A stretch of 55,559 nt of DNA from Chloroflexota bacterium (GCA_013152585.1 JAADGC010000197.1:1-55559); one strand, 5' to 3'; counted from the stretch's first letter, positions 9,504 through 18,591 are shown. Notes: generated by a model not told the origin, from the letters alone. Program-made: numbers and translations.

Positions 9504-10150
9504 GGGGCCACCTCCTGCATTCCCAGCTTGTCTAAAATGCGCCTCAGAGCCGGTGCCTCCACATCCCACAGGGCAGCATCGGCGGCCACTGTGATGACCA
9601 GTAATTGTTGCTGCCCGGGCTTGCCCCCCAGCCACAACAAATCCTGGGCCTCGACCACCACAGGCAGGCCCGGAACCCCCAGAGCCAGTTCGGGATCAGC
9701 CACATAAGCATACGTAAACAAGACCGCCGGCTCATCTCCCACCCTTACATTGCTGGATGTGGCCAGATTCCGGAATTTTTCCAGCGTGCTGTTGCGTTGC
9801 AAAAGCCAACTCAGGCTGAGGCTATCCAACGATTCGTCCGGGCTCAGCACCCGTGACGATATCTGCACACGCGACTTAAAAGTGCTGGCACTGCGGGGAT
9901 TGATGGCCTGCCAGAGCACATCATCCGCAGGCACCGTCACCCACGACGCCGGGTATGCGACATCGGGGATACCGCCGCCCAGGCGCACGGTGTGCGTCGC
10001 ATTTTGCACAGACCATTTTAATCCCCATCCGCCGGCCAATGCCAGCAGCACCACGCACAGCACCAGAATCAGGTTGCGGCGTTCTTCGACGGCGCTGGGT
10101 GGGGGATTGGTGGGACTGGGAGATTGCAAGAGGGACATGATTTCCGACAT
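9500..10150 (-). CDS. Single-pass membrane protein with extracytoplasmic domain, function unknown
   Basis: One TM helix (LILVLCVVLLALAGGWGL); tightly coupled to both neighbours. Confidence 0.75.
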   Translation of the reverse strand: MSEIMSLLQSPSPTNPPPSAVEERRNLILVLCVVLLALAGGWGLKWSVQNATHTVRLGGGIPDVAYPASWVTVPADDVLWQAINPRSASTFKSRVQISSRVLSPDESLDSLSLSWLLQRNSTLEKFRNLATSSNVRVGDEPAVLFTYAYVADPELALGVPGLPVVVEAQDLLWLGGKPGQQQLLVITVAADAALWDVEAPALRRILDKLGMQEVAP

Positions 10151-11425
10151 TTAGGGGCGCTCCTCATCCGTATCTGGTGCGTCATTTTGTAAGTCATGCA
10201 GCAGCGCCTGCCAGCTAGCCTTGACATCGGCCAATATCTCTTTGCTGTTGGGGAAGCCCTCCTCTTCCAGAGTGCTGGCCTCGAGAGTGGGCAGTGCCGG
10301 GGCTTTAACCGGCAGCGCTGCGGGTGGGGGCGCCGGTGAGGGTTCTGGTGGACGGACGGGGGCCGGGAGGGGGGGCGGGGGCACCGTGGGTCTGGGCACA
10401 GGTGGGGCCACATCGACAGCCGCCACCGGCATGATGGGCGCGGGCGATGGCGATGGTGGGGGTTCAGGAGAACGCGGGGCAACCGGGGCCGAGACAGGCG
10501 CCGGGGCGCGCACTGGTTTGGATACCGGCGATCGCCCCACCCTTAGCGTCTCCTCATCGGCACGATGCACAAGCCAAAACAAAACCACCAGGGTCATCAG
10601 GGCAAAAATAGTGGCCAGAATCAGCCCGTTGAGGTTGTTCGTTTGCAGTCCCTGCCACGATACACGATCTGTCAAAAAGAAAAACAAGCCATTGAGCGTG
10701 GCCGCCAGCAGAAAACCGAAAGGGAGATAATAAAAGGGCGTCTTCTCGAATCGGGTTTGTCCCAGGCAGTATCCTAAAATACCGGCAAAACTGGCATAAG
10801 CCAGGGCATTGATCACCATCCGCATAGAGCCCACATCCAGGTCCACACCGCCGTGCTGAAAAATATACACGAAGTTGAGCACCGTCGCCACGCCCAAGCC
10901 GGCCGCGGTGCCGTAGATCACACCATCCACGCGTTCATCAAATTCAGGATCAAAATAGATACCATAGCGCAGCGCCAGATACACGGCCAAGGTCTGTAGT
11001 ATCCCCACCACCAGGATGCCCCCCAGCAATTGCGTCCACCACCAATCGTACATCCAGCTATCGATTTCGAAAACAGTATGCAGTAAGGGATACGCCATCC
11101 CGGCACTCAACAGGCCGGCAATGATGAAAACATCTATCAGCTTTCTTTTGGGCTCCGGTTCCAGCCTATCCAACTGATAAAAGAACAACAACCACAAAAG
11201 GGCCGGGATCAGGCTCAAGAGCACGCCGATCACAATCAGTTGCCAGTCGTGCAGACGGTTGTCCAGGTTGGGTGCCACGATGTTAAAGAAGCCCACAAAC
11301 ACCAGCAAGCCCAACAGCTCCATCCCGCCTGCCAGCCACAGCCCGCGCCGGTTCTGGCTCACATGCTGCAATTTGTGGGCCACGCCACCGGCAAGCCTCT
11401 CGGTGGTTTCGTTCAGTGAAGGCAT
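10151..11425 (-). CDS. PrsW-family intramembrane protease-like protein (degenerate active site) with Pro-rich C-terminal tail
   Basis: DRLEPEP and FDERVDGVIYGTAAGLG PrsW signatures, about 9 TM helices; EExxK, EN and His motifs substituted. Confidence 0.8.
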   Translation of the reverse strand: MPSLNETTERLAGGVAHKLQHVSQNRRGLWLAGGMELLGLLVFVGFFNIVAPNLDNRLHDWQLIVIGVLLSLIPALLWLLFFYQLDRLEPEPKRKLIDVFIIAGLLSAGMAYPLLHTVFEIDSWMYDWWWTQLLGGILVVGILQTLAVYLALRYGIYFDPEFDERVDGVIYGTAAGLGVATVLNFVYIFQHGGVDLDVGSMRMVINALAYASFAGILGYCLGQTRFEKTPFYYLPFGFLLAATLNGLFFFLTDRVSWQGLQTNNLNGLILATIFALMTLVVLFWLVHRADEETLRVGRSPVSKPVRAPAPVSAPVAPRSPEPPPSPSPAPIMPVAAVDVAPPVPRPTVPPPPLPAPVRPPEPSPAPPPAALPVKAPALPTLEASTLEEEGFPNSKEILADVKASWQALLHDLQNDAPDTDEERP

Positions 11426-11543
11426 AAACGGTTACTCCTCTTTATCATTGGCAACGAATCAACTCGTTGATTGCAAATCAGTATACACCAAACCCGAGGA
11501 GTCTTGCTACCCCGTTCGCAGACACTTCACCCCATCTGCGCCC

Positions 11544-12335
11544 TCACCCCGGCGCCACATAACTAAAACTAAAACGCTGCTTGTAGCGACGCAGCAATCG
11601 CAGCACGGGCTCTCCAAACAGCAGGATCAGGGTGGCATTGCCGATACCCCGCCATAAATCCCACACCAACGAGGTCGTGGAATAAAACAAGGCATAGCGC
11701 TTGATGGTTTCCCCCACGCCAATGCCGGGTTGCCAGTACTGACCCGCTTGATCAGGTCGAAAAATAAACGGCCAGAACCACAAATTCATCACCAGGCCAT
11801 AGGCCAGCCCCAACAGCAGCCCCAGCCCTGCCAGAGCCCAGATTTCCCGGCGCGAGGGTCGGGCCGGATGCGGCATCAAACCCGCCGCCGTCCCCACCCA
11901 GCCGGCAGCGAACATCTGATAGGGCAACCAGGGGCCCACGGCGCCGGTCAGCAAAGCCGAAGCCAGCAAAGTCGTCAGCCCCGCCAAAAAACCGAACTGC
12001 ACTCCAAACACATACCCCGAGAGAATGGGCAAAAAGAACAGGGCCGAAAAGCCTGCCGGTCCCGGCACAAAGCGTAAAACCGCTCCCACCGCCGCCAACG
12101 CCCCTAAAATCGCCAGCGTCTTCGAGGACATCGCCCCGCTTTGCAGGTTGGAGATCACCGCCGCCAATGCCAAAAGGCTCAGCAGCACCAGCATCCACAA
12201 AGTATCGCCGCTGTGGGCGATGGTTTGCATCTGACCCTGGGAGGGGTGCATCCAAAAGGGAGAAAGAAAAGCGGCCAAACCCAGCAGACTGGCTATGAGT
12301 AGCGTCAACAGCGGCAGGCGAGATCGTTCGGTCAT
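11544..12335 (-). CDS. cbrT: ECF transporter S component, CbrT-like (predicted cobalamin)
   Basis: Multi-TM; FG..FGFLAG....LASALLTGAVGPWLPYQM motif; last gene of the B12-riboswitch operon. Confidence 0.75.
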   Translation of the reverse strand: MTERSRLPLLTLLIASLLGLAAFLSPFWMHPSQGQMQTIAHSGDTLWMLVLLSLLALAAVISNLQSGAMSSKTLAILGALAAVGAVLRFVPGPAGFSALFFLPILSGYVFGVQFGFLAGLTTLLASALLTGAVGPWLPYQMFAAGWVGTAAGLMPHPARPSRREIWALAGLGLLLGLAYGLVMNLWFWPFIFRPDQAGQYWQPGIGVGETIKRYALFYSTTSLVWDLWRGIGNATLILLFGEPVLRLLRRYKQRFSFSYVAPG

Positions 12336-12339
12336 AAGC

Positions 12340-13953
12340 TCAGTTCAGGCAGGCCAGAACATCTTCCGGCGTCAGCAGGCGCGGATCACGGAACAGCTTG
12401 TTCACCTGGCTGGCAAAGACCAACGATTCCGACATCACCCGCCGGGCCGGGCCGTCCACCACGATCTGACCCTCAGCCATTAGCAGCACCCGGTCGGCCG
12501 TGGCCGCCACCAGCTCGACATCGTGGGTGGCCATAAGGATCGTCTTTCCCTGGGCCTTGAACTCCTGCAACAGCGTCGCCAGCGTGCGCTTTTGCAGATA
12601 ATCGAGCCCGCGCGTCGGTTCATCCAGCAAGATCACCATCGGGTCGGTGATCAGAACCGCGGCCAAAGCCAGACGCTGCCGCTCGCCCCCCGACAGATCG
12701 CGGGGGTGGCTGGCGGCCAGATGCTCGATGCCCAGGCGCCGCAACAAACGCCCATCGGCCGCAGCATCCGCGGGCAAACCATGTGCCTTGCGACTGAACG
12801 CCAGCTCGTCGGCAACCGTCTCGGCAAAAAGAATGCGGTCGGGGTTCTGGGGCACGTAGGCGATATCGGTCGTGAGTTGCTCGGTGGGAGTGCGGGCCGC
12901 GTCTCGCCCCAGCACACGGACCGAACCCCGGGCCGGCTGCAATAGCCCCACCAGATGTTTGAGCAGGGTGCTTTTACCACTGCCGTTGCGCCCCATAAGT
13001 GCCACAAATTCGCCGGGATGCACAGCCATGCTGAAATTGCGCAGCGATTCCACGCCATTGGCATAGCGATGCCACAGGTGTTTGACCTGCACCGATGGCG
13101 TGTGATTGTTGCCCGCGGCAGGCGCCTCTATCACCGGCAGATGCAGACGAGGCTTCAGTTCGCGGGCAAAACGTCGTCCCGCTTTGATCGTCAGCGGCAG
13201 GGGGTCCCAGCCCAGACGTTTGCCCAAAGCGATCAGGGGCGGTGTTTGCGGGGCCAGAGCCAATATCTCGGACGGTGTCCCCAACAAGGGCGCCTGGCCG
13301 TCGCCGGGCCAATACAGTACATAATCGGCATATTGCACCACCCGCTCCAACCGGTGCTCCGACAGCACCACCGTGATGCCCAGATCTTCGTTGAGCTGCC
13401 GGATAGCCAGCAGCACTTCTTCCGCAGCCTGGGGGTCGAGTTGCGAAGTAGGCTCGTCCAGCACCAGGATGTCGGGATGCAGGGTGAGCACGGCGGCAAT
13501 GGCCACACGCTGTTTTTCGCCGCCGGAAAGGCTGCTGATCGGGCGATGCCGGAGATGCGCAATCTGCAATTGATCCAACGCCTCTTCCACGCGCTTGCGC
13601 ATGACATCGGTGGGCAAGGCCCAGTTTTCCAGAGCAAAGGCCAATTCATCTTCCACCCGATCCACTACAAAGCTCGACTCTGGGTCCTGGAAAACCATGC
13701 CTACCAGATCAGACATGCCGTGCGGCGCCAGTTGCACCGGGTCCCGGCCATCGACGCGTAGCTGCCCACTCACCACGCCACCGTAGAAATGGGGCACAAG
13801 CCCGTTCAGGCTGCGCAAAAAGGTAGATTTACCGGCGCCGGACGGGCCGATCACCAGTACAAATGCCCCTTCTGGCAGATGCAGCGAGATATCGGGAAGG
13901 GCTGGCTGCAAAGCGTTAGGGTAGCAATAGGAGAAGTGATCGTAGGAAATCAT
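12340..13953 (-). CDS. ECF transporter duplicated ATPase (A-A fusion)
   Basis: Two Walker A motifs (GPSGAGKST, GRNGSGKST), two LSGGE signatures, two LDEPT motifs, FQDP/PQNP Q-loops. Confidence 0.93.
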   Translation of the reverse strand: MISYDHFSYCYPNALQPALPDISLHLPEGAFVLVIGPSGAGKSTFLRSLNGLVPHFYGGVVSGQLRVDGRDPVQLAPHGMSDLVGMVFQDPESSFVVDRVEDELAFALENWALPTDVMRKRVEEALDQLQIAHLRHRPISSLSGGEKQRVAIAAVLTLHPDILVLDEPTSQLDPQAAEEVLLAIRQLNEDLGITVVLSEHRLERVVQYADYVLYWPGDGQAPLLGTPSEILALAPQTPPLIALGKRLGWDPLPLTIKAGRRFARELKPRLHLPVIEAPAAGNNHTPSVQVKHLWHRYANGVESLRNFSMAVHPGEFVALMGRNGSGKSTLLKHLVGLLQPARGSVRVLGRDAARTPTEQLTTDIAYVPQNPDRILFAETVADELAFSRKAHGLPADAAADGRLLRRLGIEHLAASHPRDLSGGERQRLALAAVLITDPMVILLDEPTRGLDYLQKRTLATLLQEFKAQGKTILMATHDVELVAATADRVLLMAEGQIVVDGPARRVMSESLVFASQVNKLFRDPRLLTPEDVLACLN

Positions 13954-14056
13954 GAGCTTTCAAGGTGCAGGAGTAAAAAGGGAAACAAGGAAAGGTGGGG
14001 GGAGACCTGGAAACCGGAAAATCAGACAGCTTCAGGCTGGCGCTGTTGACCCCGGT

Positions 14057-15151
14057 TTACCGATGTACCGGACTACCCTGAGGAAGGTAGGCTGGCAGGA
14101 AAAGAGCGGGCGCCAGCAGCAACGCATACAATCCTCCCCACAGGGGTTGAAACGCGGGGAGGAGACCAAAAGGTGGATAGGGATAATAAAAAAGCTGTTC
14201 GGCAGCAACAAAGGATACAGTGACCGTGGTCAGCAACACGATGGCTGCCAGGACGGCGACGATGGTGTCGCGACGTCGCCATAACCAGTGCCGATATTGG
14301 CTGCGGCGAATCCGCTTGCCCTGCTGGCGCAGACTCCATGCCACGGATAGCGCCCCCAATCCCATCCCCATCAGACCGATCCAACCGGCGCCGAGTCGAA
14401 AAGACCGCAGAATCAGCCCGGCGAGCAGCAGCAACAACCCGCCGATACTACTGATCCCCACCATCTTCCGCTCCCGGACACCGAGCGGACTCATGGCGCC
14501 GCCAAAACCGCGGGCGTCCATGGATTCGGCCAGTTGGATGGCTCGCTCGAGCCCGTTGGCCAGCAGCGAGACGAACAGCGGCTGCATGTCACGCAGGCCG
14601 CGTACACGATAGCCCCGCAGGCGTTGGGCCTCACGAATCTCCTGCCAGGCGATGAAGGTTTGGGGGATGAAGGAGATGGCGATGGTGACCGCCACACCCG
14701 CATGATGGGCAAAGGCCGGTGTCAGCCGCAACAGGGTGTGGGGGCTGACCGCCATGTTCAGGGTCATAAAGGCCAGGATCAAAGCCGTGAACCCCAGTCC
14801 GGTCACAAAGCCATAAATGATAGCTTCCAGGGTGATGGGGCCGCCGATCAAAGGCCAGGATCGGGGCAGGGTAAAGAGCACCACGGTGCCCACATGCACC
14901 GACAGGGCGTTGAACAGGATTGTGAGCGCCCAAATGAAGAGGATCAGGCGCAAGACGGTGCGCCAGGCCAGGATACGGGGCTGAGGTGTATGCGCCGGAT
15001 CGGCCTGTTGGCGCTGGCTGATGGCGCCGTAGACAAAAAGAATGGCCAGCAGGACGATCAGCAGATAGAGAGGATTACGCACCAACAAAGCGCTGCCCCC
15101 TGCTGCTGCCAGCCATAAAAGCCAGACATAAGGATGATAATCGGGAATCAT
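14057..15151 (-). CDS. ecfT: ECF transporter transmembrane T component
   Basis: IREAQRLRG and LAESMDARGF X-R-X motifs; multi-TM; start at ATG 15151 overlapping the upstream stop. Confidence 0.9.
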   Translation of the reverse strand: MIPDYHPYVWLLWLAAAGGSALLVRNPLYLLIVLLAILFVYGAISQRQQADPAHTPQPRILAWRTVLRLILFIWALTILFNALSVHVGTVVLFTLPRSWPLIGGPITLEAIIYGFVTGLGFTALILAFMTLNMAVSPHTLLRLTPAFAHHAGVAVTIAISFIPQTFIAWQEIREAQRLRGYRVRGLRDMQPLFVSLLANGLERAIQLAESMDARGFGGAMSPLGVRERKMVGISSIGGLLLLLAGLILRSFRLGAGWIGLMGMGLGALSVAWSLRQQGKRIRRSQYRHWLWRRRDTIVAVLAAIVLLTTVTVSFVAAEQLFYYPYPPFGLLPAFQPLWGGLYALLLAPALFLPAYLPQGSPVHR

Positions 15152-16506
15152 CGGGGAGAAGCCTGACGCATCACGGCCCACAACCCGACGGCAATCAACA
15201 ACGCCAACAAAATGGCGAAACCGCCCAGGCGTAAAAATCGACCCGCATCGGCTGAGGAGGCAGCAACCGTGGGCTGCGGGGTGATGCGCAAGATGGGCGT
15301 CGAACCCGATTCGCTCGCAGGCAGAGCGACGGTGGGTGCAGCCGGACGCAGGGTGGGCGTGGGCGTGGGAAGGGGCGAGGGGGTGGCAGAGGGCAACGGG
15401 GTGAGGGTGGCCGTAGGCAGAGGAGAGGGCGTTGGGGTGGCGGTGGGGACAGCCGTGGACACGGCGGTTGCCTCAACCGGCGGCAATGTGGGGGGCACAG
15501 AAGTAACGGTGGGCGTAGGGCTGGCCGGGAGCACAGAAAGATGCTGGGCAAGACTCTGGGTATCCGACGCCGCCTGCACGTGCAAAGTATACGTGGCGTC
15601 TTGGATGGGACAGACGCGCAAGGCCGACGAGGCGGAGACGCTTTGTGCCTGAGCGTCGTTTTCTTGCAAGAACACAGCGTCGGCGCCTACGACCTGCCAG
15701 CTCAGGGTGGCGCATTCGCCGGCAACGATGGATTCAGGCACCAACGTGAAGTCAACCGCGAGCTGTGACCCGGGTGTGGCAGTAGCAGTAGCGGTGGCGG
15801 TGGGGAGCAGAGGAGTAGGTGTTGGTGTGGCGAGAGGAGTGGAAGTAGGGGTAGGGGTGGGTGTGGCGGTGGGAGGCGGCGTGGCGGTGGGAGATGGTGT
15901 GACGGTGGGAGTAAAAGTTGGGATCGGAGTGAAGGTTGGGGTGGGGGATGGCGTGGGGGTGTCAGTTGCTGTGGGCAGCACCGGTGGCAACGCGTCCTGA
16001 CAAACTTCGGCAAAGGTTGTGAGGGGGGGCTGAACTTCGGAGCTGGCGTTGATCGAGCCCGTCCCCCAGGCCCAACCATCGACCATCCCATCTTCGATCA
16101 TCCAGGAAGACGCCCCCACTTGCGAGTATTCCCAGCCGTCGGGCTGGAGGTGATAGTAGGCCCAATAGCTGCACTCCAGGCCCTGGCACTGGCAAAAGCA
16201 GTCTTCCAGAGGAAAATTGCAACCATCTTGCTGATCACCGCCGCTAATGCCGCAAATAGCGCTCCCCAGGCCGCCAGATGGATCGACATTGAAGGCAAAT
16301 TGAGAGCGTTGCAACAGCTCGGTGCCGGTGATAGCCGGTTTTGCAAAGGCCACGCAGTCGCTGAGAACCACACCGCTGCTAAACTGAACGACCAGCCCGG
16401 CATGGTTGAGTTGCTGGGCGCGTGTCGGCATCTGGCTGCTTCCCAACGAAAGGAGCAGGCCCAGAAGCAACAAGAATAAGGCAGAGCGGAAAACGGTGTG
16501 GTTCAT
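15148..16506 (-). CDS. Exported protein: Cys-rich DUF4430-like domain, Pro/Thr stalk, Ig-like domain, C-terminal TM anchor
   Basis: Signal peptide; ICGI...GC....DCFCQC....YWAYY...W.YS.VGA........DGWAWG; TPTP repeats; terminal TM helix. Confidence 0.75.
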   Translation of the reverse strand: MNHTVFRSALFLLLLGLLLSLGSSQMPTRAQQLNHAGLVVQFSSGVVLSDCVAFAKPAITGTELLQRSQFAFNVDPSGGLGSAICGISGGDQQDGCNFPLEDCFCQCQGLECSYWAYYHLQPDGWEYSQVGASSWMIEDGMVDGWAWGTGSINASSEVQPPLTTFAEVCQDALPPVLPTATDTPTPSPTPTFTPIPTFTPTVTPSPTATPPPTATPTPTPTSTPLATPTPTPLLPTATATATATPGSQLAVDFTLVPESIVAGECATLSWQVVGADAVFLQENDAQAQSVSASSALRVCPIQDATYTLHVQAASDTQSLAQHLSVLPASPTPTVTSVPPTLPPVEATAVSTAVPTATPTPSPLPTATLTPLPSATPSPLPTPTPTLRPAAPTVALPASESGSTPILRITPQPTVAASSADAGRFLRLGGFAILLALLIAVGLWAVMRQASPR

Positions 16507-16521
16507 GGCGGTGGCAAGGAA

Positions 16522-17088
16522 TCAGGCTATGGCGCGGCGACGGCGGATGTAGCCAGCCAGACCGGCCAGACCGCTGCCCAGGAGCAGTAGGGTGGCGGGT
16601 TCGGGGATCTCGGCCGGGGCAGGGCTCTGGGCAGCCTGAATATCGGCAAAAGTCATGACCGGAGGCTGAACGGTGGGGTTGAAGCTGGCATCGAAGCCCG
16701 ACCAGGCAAAACCTTCGACCGACTGATCTACGGGCGTATAACCGCCCACCCCCACCATCGAGCTTTCCCAAGCGGTGCCAGCCAGATGGTAATAAGCCCA
16801 GAAGGCGTTGGGGTTACAGAAGCAGTCGTCAGTGGCGCAGCCCTGACCATCGATGTTGCAGACTGCGGGGCCAAAGCCACCATCATACAGGCCTACAGGC
16901 ACTGTAGCCGCGGCCAGCACGTCGGCGCTGGTGGCGTCGACAGGCACCGTGACAATTTCGGTGTAGGTGGTGCTATCAGGATAGGTGACAACCAGTCCGA
17001 CTTGTTTGGTGTCACCGGCGGCTGCTACGGCGGCGGCAACGATCAGAACCAACAATAAACTGGTGAGCAAAATACGACGAGTGCGCAT
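16522..17088 (-). CDS. Small exported Cys-rich DUF4430-like protein with PEP-CTERM sorting signal
   Basis: Signal peptide; VCNIDGQGC...CFC....FWAYY...W..S.VG........EGFAW (paralogous to 15148-16506); C-terminus IPEPATLLLLGSGLAGLAGYIRRRR; AGGAG RBS. Confidence 0.8.
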   Translation of the reverse strand: MRTRRILLTSLLLVLIVAAAVAAAGDTKQVGLVVTYPDSTTYTEIVTVPVDATSADVLAAATVPVGLYDGGFGPAVCNIDGQGCATDDCFCNPNAFWAYYHLAGTAWESSMVGVGGYTPVDQSVEGFAWSGFDASFNPTVQPPVMTFADIQAAQSPAPAEIPEPATLLLLGSGLAGLAGYIRRRRAIA

Positions 17089-17120
17089 AACAAAACTCCT
17101 TGCTAAAACGATGAGAGAGA

Positions 17121-18191
17121 TCATGATGCCATAGATAGCATCACGGGGAAATAACTGCGAAGCGGGGTAGGTTGATCGCTGGGAAAATAACTGCTCAGAG
17201 CGGGGATAGCGTCAAGCGTGGAGCGCATAAGCGAACCGGCTATGTTCTGTCGCCACCTAAAGGCGCCATCCGCGTCCTGAAAAGACAGCAGCCTGGTGAG
17301 GGGATTGTCGTTTTGCTTCTGAAACCGGGCAGAGGTGGGATCCCAACCGGCGTGTATCAGCCCAATGATGATCCAGGCCGTGGCGTTGCTATCCGAGAGT
17401 TCGTCGTTACCCCAACCGGCATCGTCGTGTTGGTTGCGCAGGATATAAGCCACCCCGCGCACCATCGCCGGATGTTCGGGGGAGACACCGGCCGTGGCCA
17501 GCACTTGCAGGGTGAGCCCGGTGGTATCGGCATCCCCCGTGGCGGGATCGCCGTCGCCGGGGGTGGGATCTACCGGCCACCCCCAACTGCCATCAGCCAG
17601 TTGCTGGTTGATCAGGGTGGGAACCACCTGCGCCGGCAGCGGCCGTCCGGCCTCGCTCAGGGCCAGCACGGCCAGATTATGGCGATAGAGGCTGAACGGA
17701 TGATACAAACCGGTGTCGGGATCGTATTGCTGTTCCAACACATCGATGAGATCGATGCCGGCCACATGGCGGGCATCGGCGCCCACGGCCACGGCAGCGC
17801 GCAAGACTTTGGCTGTGCGGCCGGGATCGCGCAGGGCAAGATAGGTAGGCACGTCGCGCACACATGCGTCCCACAAGCTGTCGTTTTGGGGTGTCCAGGC
17901 CGGGCCCTTCGCATCTTCCCCGGCCAGCGTCACCACCCAGGCGGTCTCGCACGAGTTCCCAACCCCACCCACGGCGCCATCTGCTTGCTGCTGTTGATGA
18001 AGATATTGCAAGGCAGCAGTCAGAGCTGTCTGGCGTTGGGGATAGCTGGAAGCCAACGGACCAGCCTGCACTCTCAATACAGCACCAAGAAAGAGGATGC
18101 TGCAGAGAGCGATGTTTCGTTTCAAGTGAGCGGTCGAAAGAAAACCCTTGTCCGTGAGGGCAAGGGCGATTAGCTTGACTGTCTGAAGCAT
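17121..18191 (-). CDS. Exported prenyltransferase/squalene-oxidase-repeat (alpha/alpha barrel) protein
   Basis: Repeated L...Q..DG.(W/F)G motifs (QQQQADGAVG, NQQLADGSWG, NQHDDAGWG, FQDADGAF), DADTT, DSNAT; N-terminal hydrophobic segment; start chosen at ATG 18191, below the riboswitch. Confidence 0.8.
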   Translation of the reverse strand: MLQTVKLIALALTDKGFLSTAHLKRNIALCSILFLGAVLRVQAGPLASSYPQRQTALTAALQYLHQQQQADGAVGGVGNSCETAWVVTLAGEDAKGPAWTPQNDSLWDACVRDVPTYLALRDPGRTAKVLRAAVAVGADARHVAGIDLIDVLEQQYDPDTGLYHPFSLYRHNLAVLALSEAGRPLPAQVVPTLINQQLADGSWGWPVDPTPGDGDPATGDADTTGLTLQVLATAGVSPEHPAMVRGVAYILRNQHDDAGWGNDELSDSNATAWIIIGLIHAGWDPTSARFQKQNDNPLTRLLSFQDADGAFRWRQNIAGSLMRSTLDAIPALSSYFPSDQPTPLRSYFPVMLSMAS

Positions 18192-18196
18192 AACCG

Positions 18197-18325
18197 GTTC
18201 CTGTCCGCGCAGGGTTCCGCGTTGGTTGTTGCCCCGGGTTTCCTGGCTTGGGCGTAAGCCCTCACAGTTGCGGGACAGCGTCGGTTTTTTCGCGGATAAC
18301 GAAACACCGAACTTTCCCCGGTCGC
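18197..18325 (-). ncRNA. Cobalamin (B12) riboswitch
   Basis: Minus strand reads GGGGAAAGTTCGGTG...CCGACGCTGTCCCGCAACTGTGA...AAGCCAGGAAACC, followed by the CCTG-CGCGGA-CAGG hairpin next to the start codon; all core B12-element blocks are present in order. Confidence 0.9.
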
Positions 18326-18368
18326 GATTGCGATTGAACAACAACAAATGGGTGAATGATTTGAGCGC

Positions 18369-18397
18369 AGTATACTTGAGGACGGGGGGGATGTCAA
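18369..18397 (-). promoter_or_regulatory. sigma70-type promoter of the B12 operon
   Basis: TTGACA-N17-TATACT on the minus strand, just upstream of the riboswitch. Confidence 0.8.
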
Positions 18398-18428
18398 ACG
18401 GGGGATACACCCTTCGTATTTCAACTCA

Positions 18429-18457
18429 TTGCGCCGCCGCCGGTATCCGTGTATAAT
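18429..18457 (+). promoter_or_regulatory. sigma70-type promoter of the response regulator (divergent)
   Basis: TTGCGC-N17-TATAAT. Confidence 0.6.
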
Positions 18458-18591
18458 GATTTTAAGGCTGACTCTCGCTCCCATGCGTCGGGTCTGTCAC
18501 AGCCGTTATCCAGCCTGTTCACCCCCTGAATGCCAGCAGCTTCCCTGAGAATACTTGCCAGAGTTTGAGGAATAGAGGAGGTCGTCTGTAC

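Noticed and set aside
15300-15960. GGTGGG/GGCGT-rich tandem repeats (also 19650-19770 and 10310-10510)
   Set aside because: Explained by Pro/Thr- and Pro-rich linker coding on the minus strand.
18192-18410. 73-aa N-terminal extension of the barrel protein in the ORF track
   Set aside because: It runs through the promoter and riboswitch; ATG 18191 (or a later start) is more plausible.
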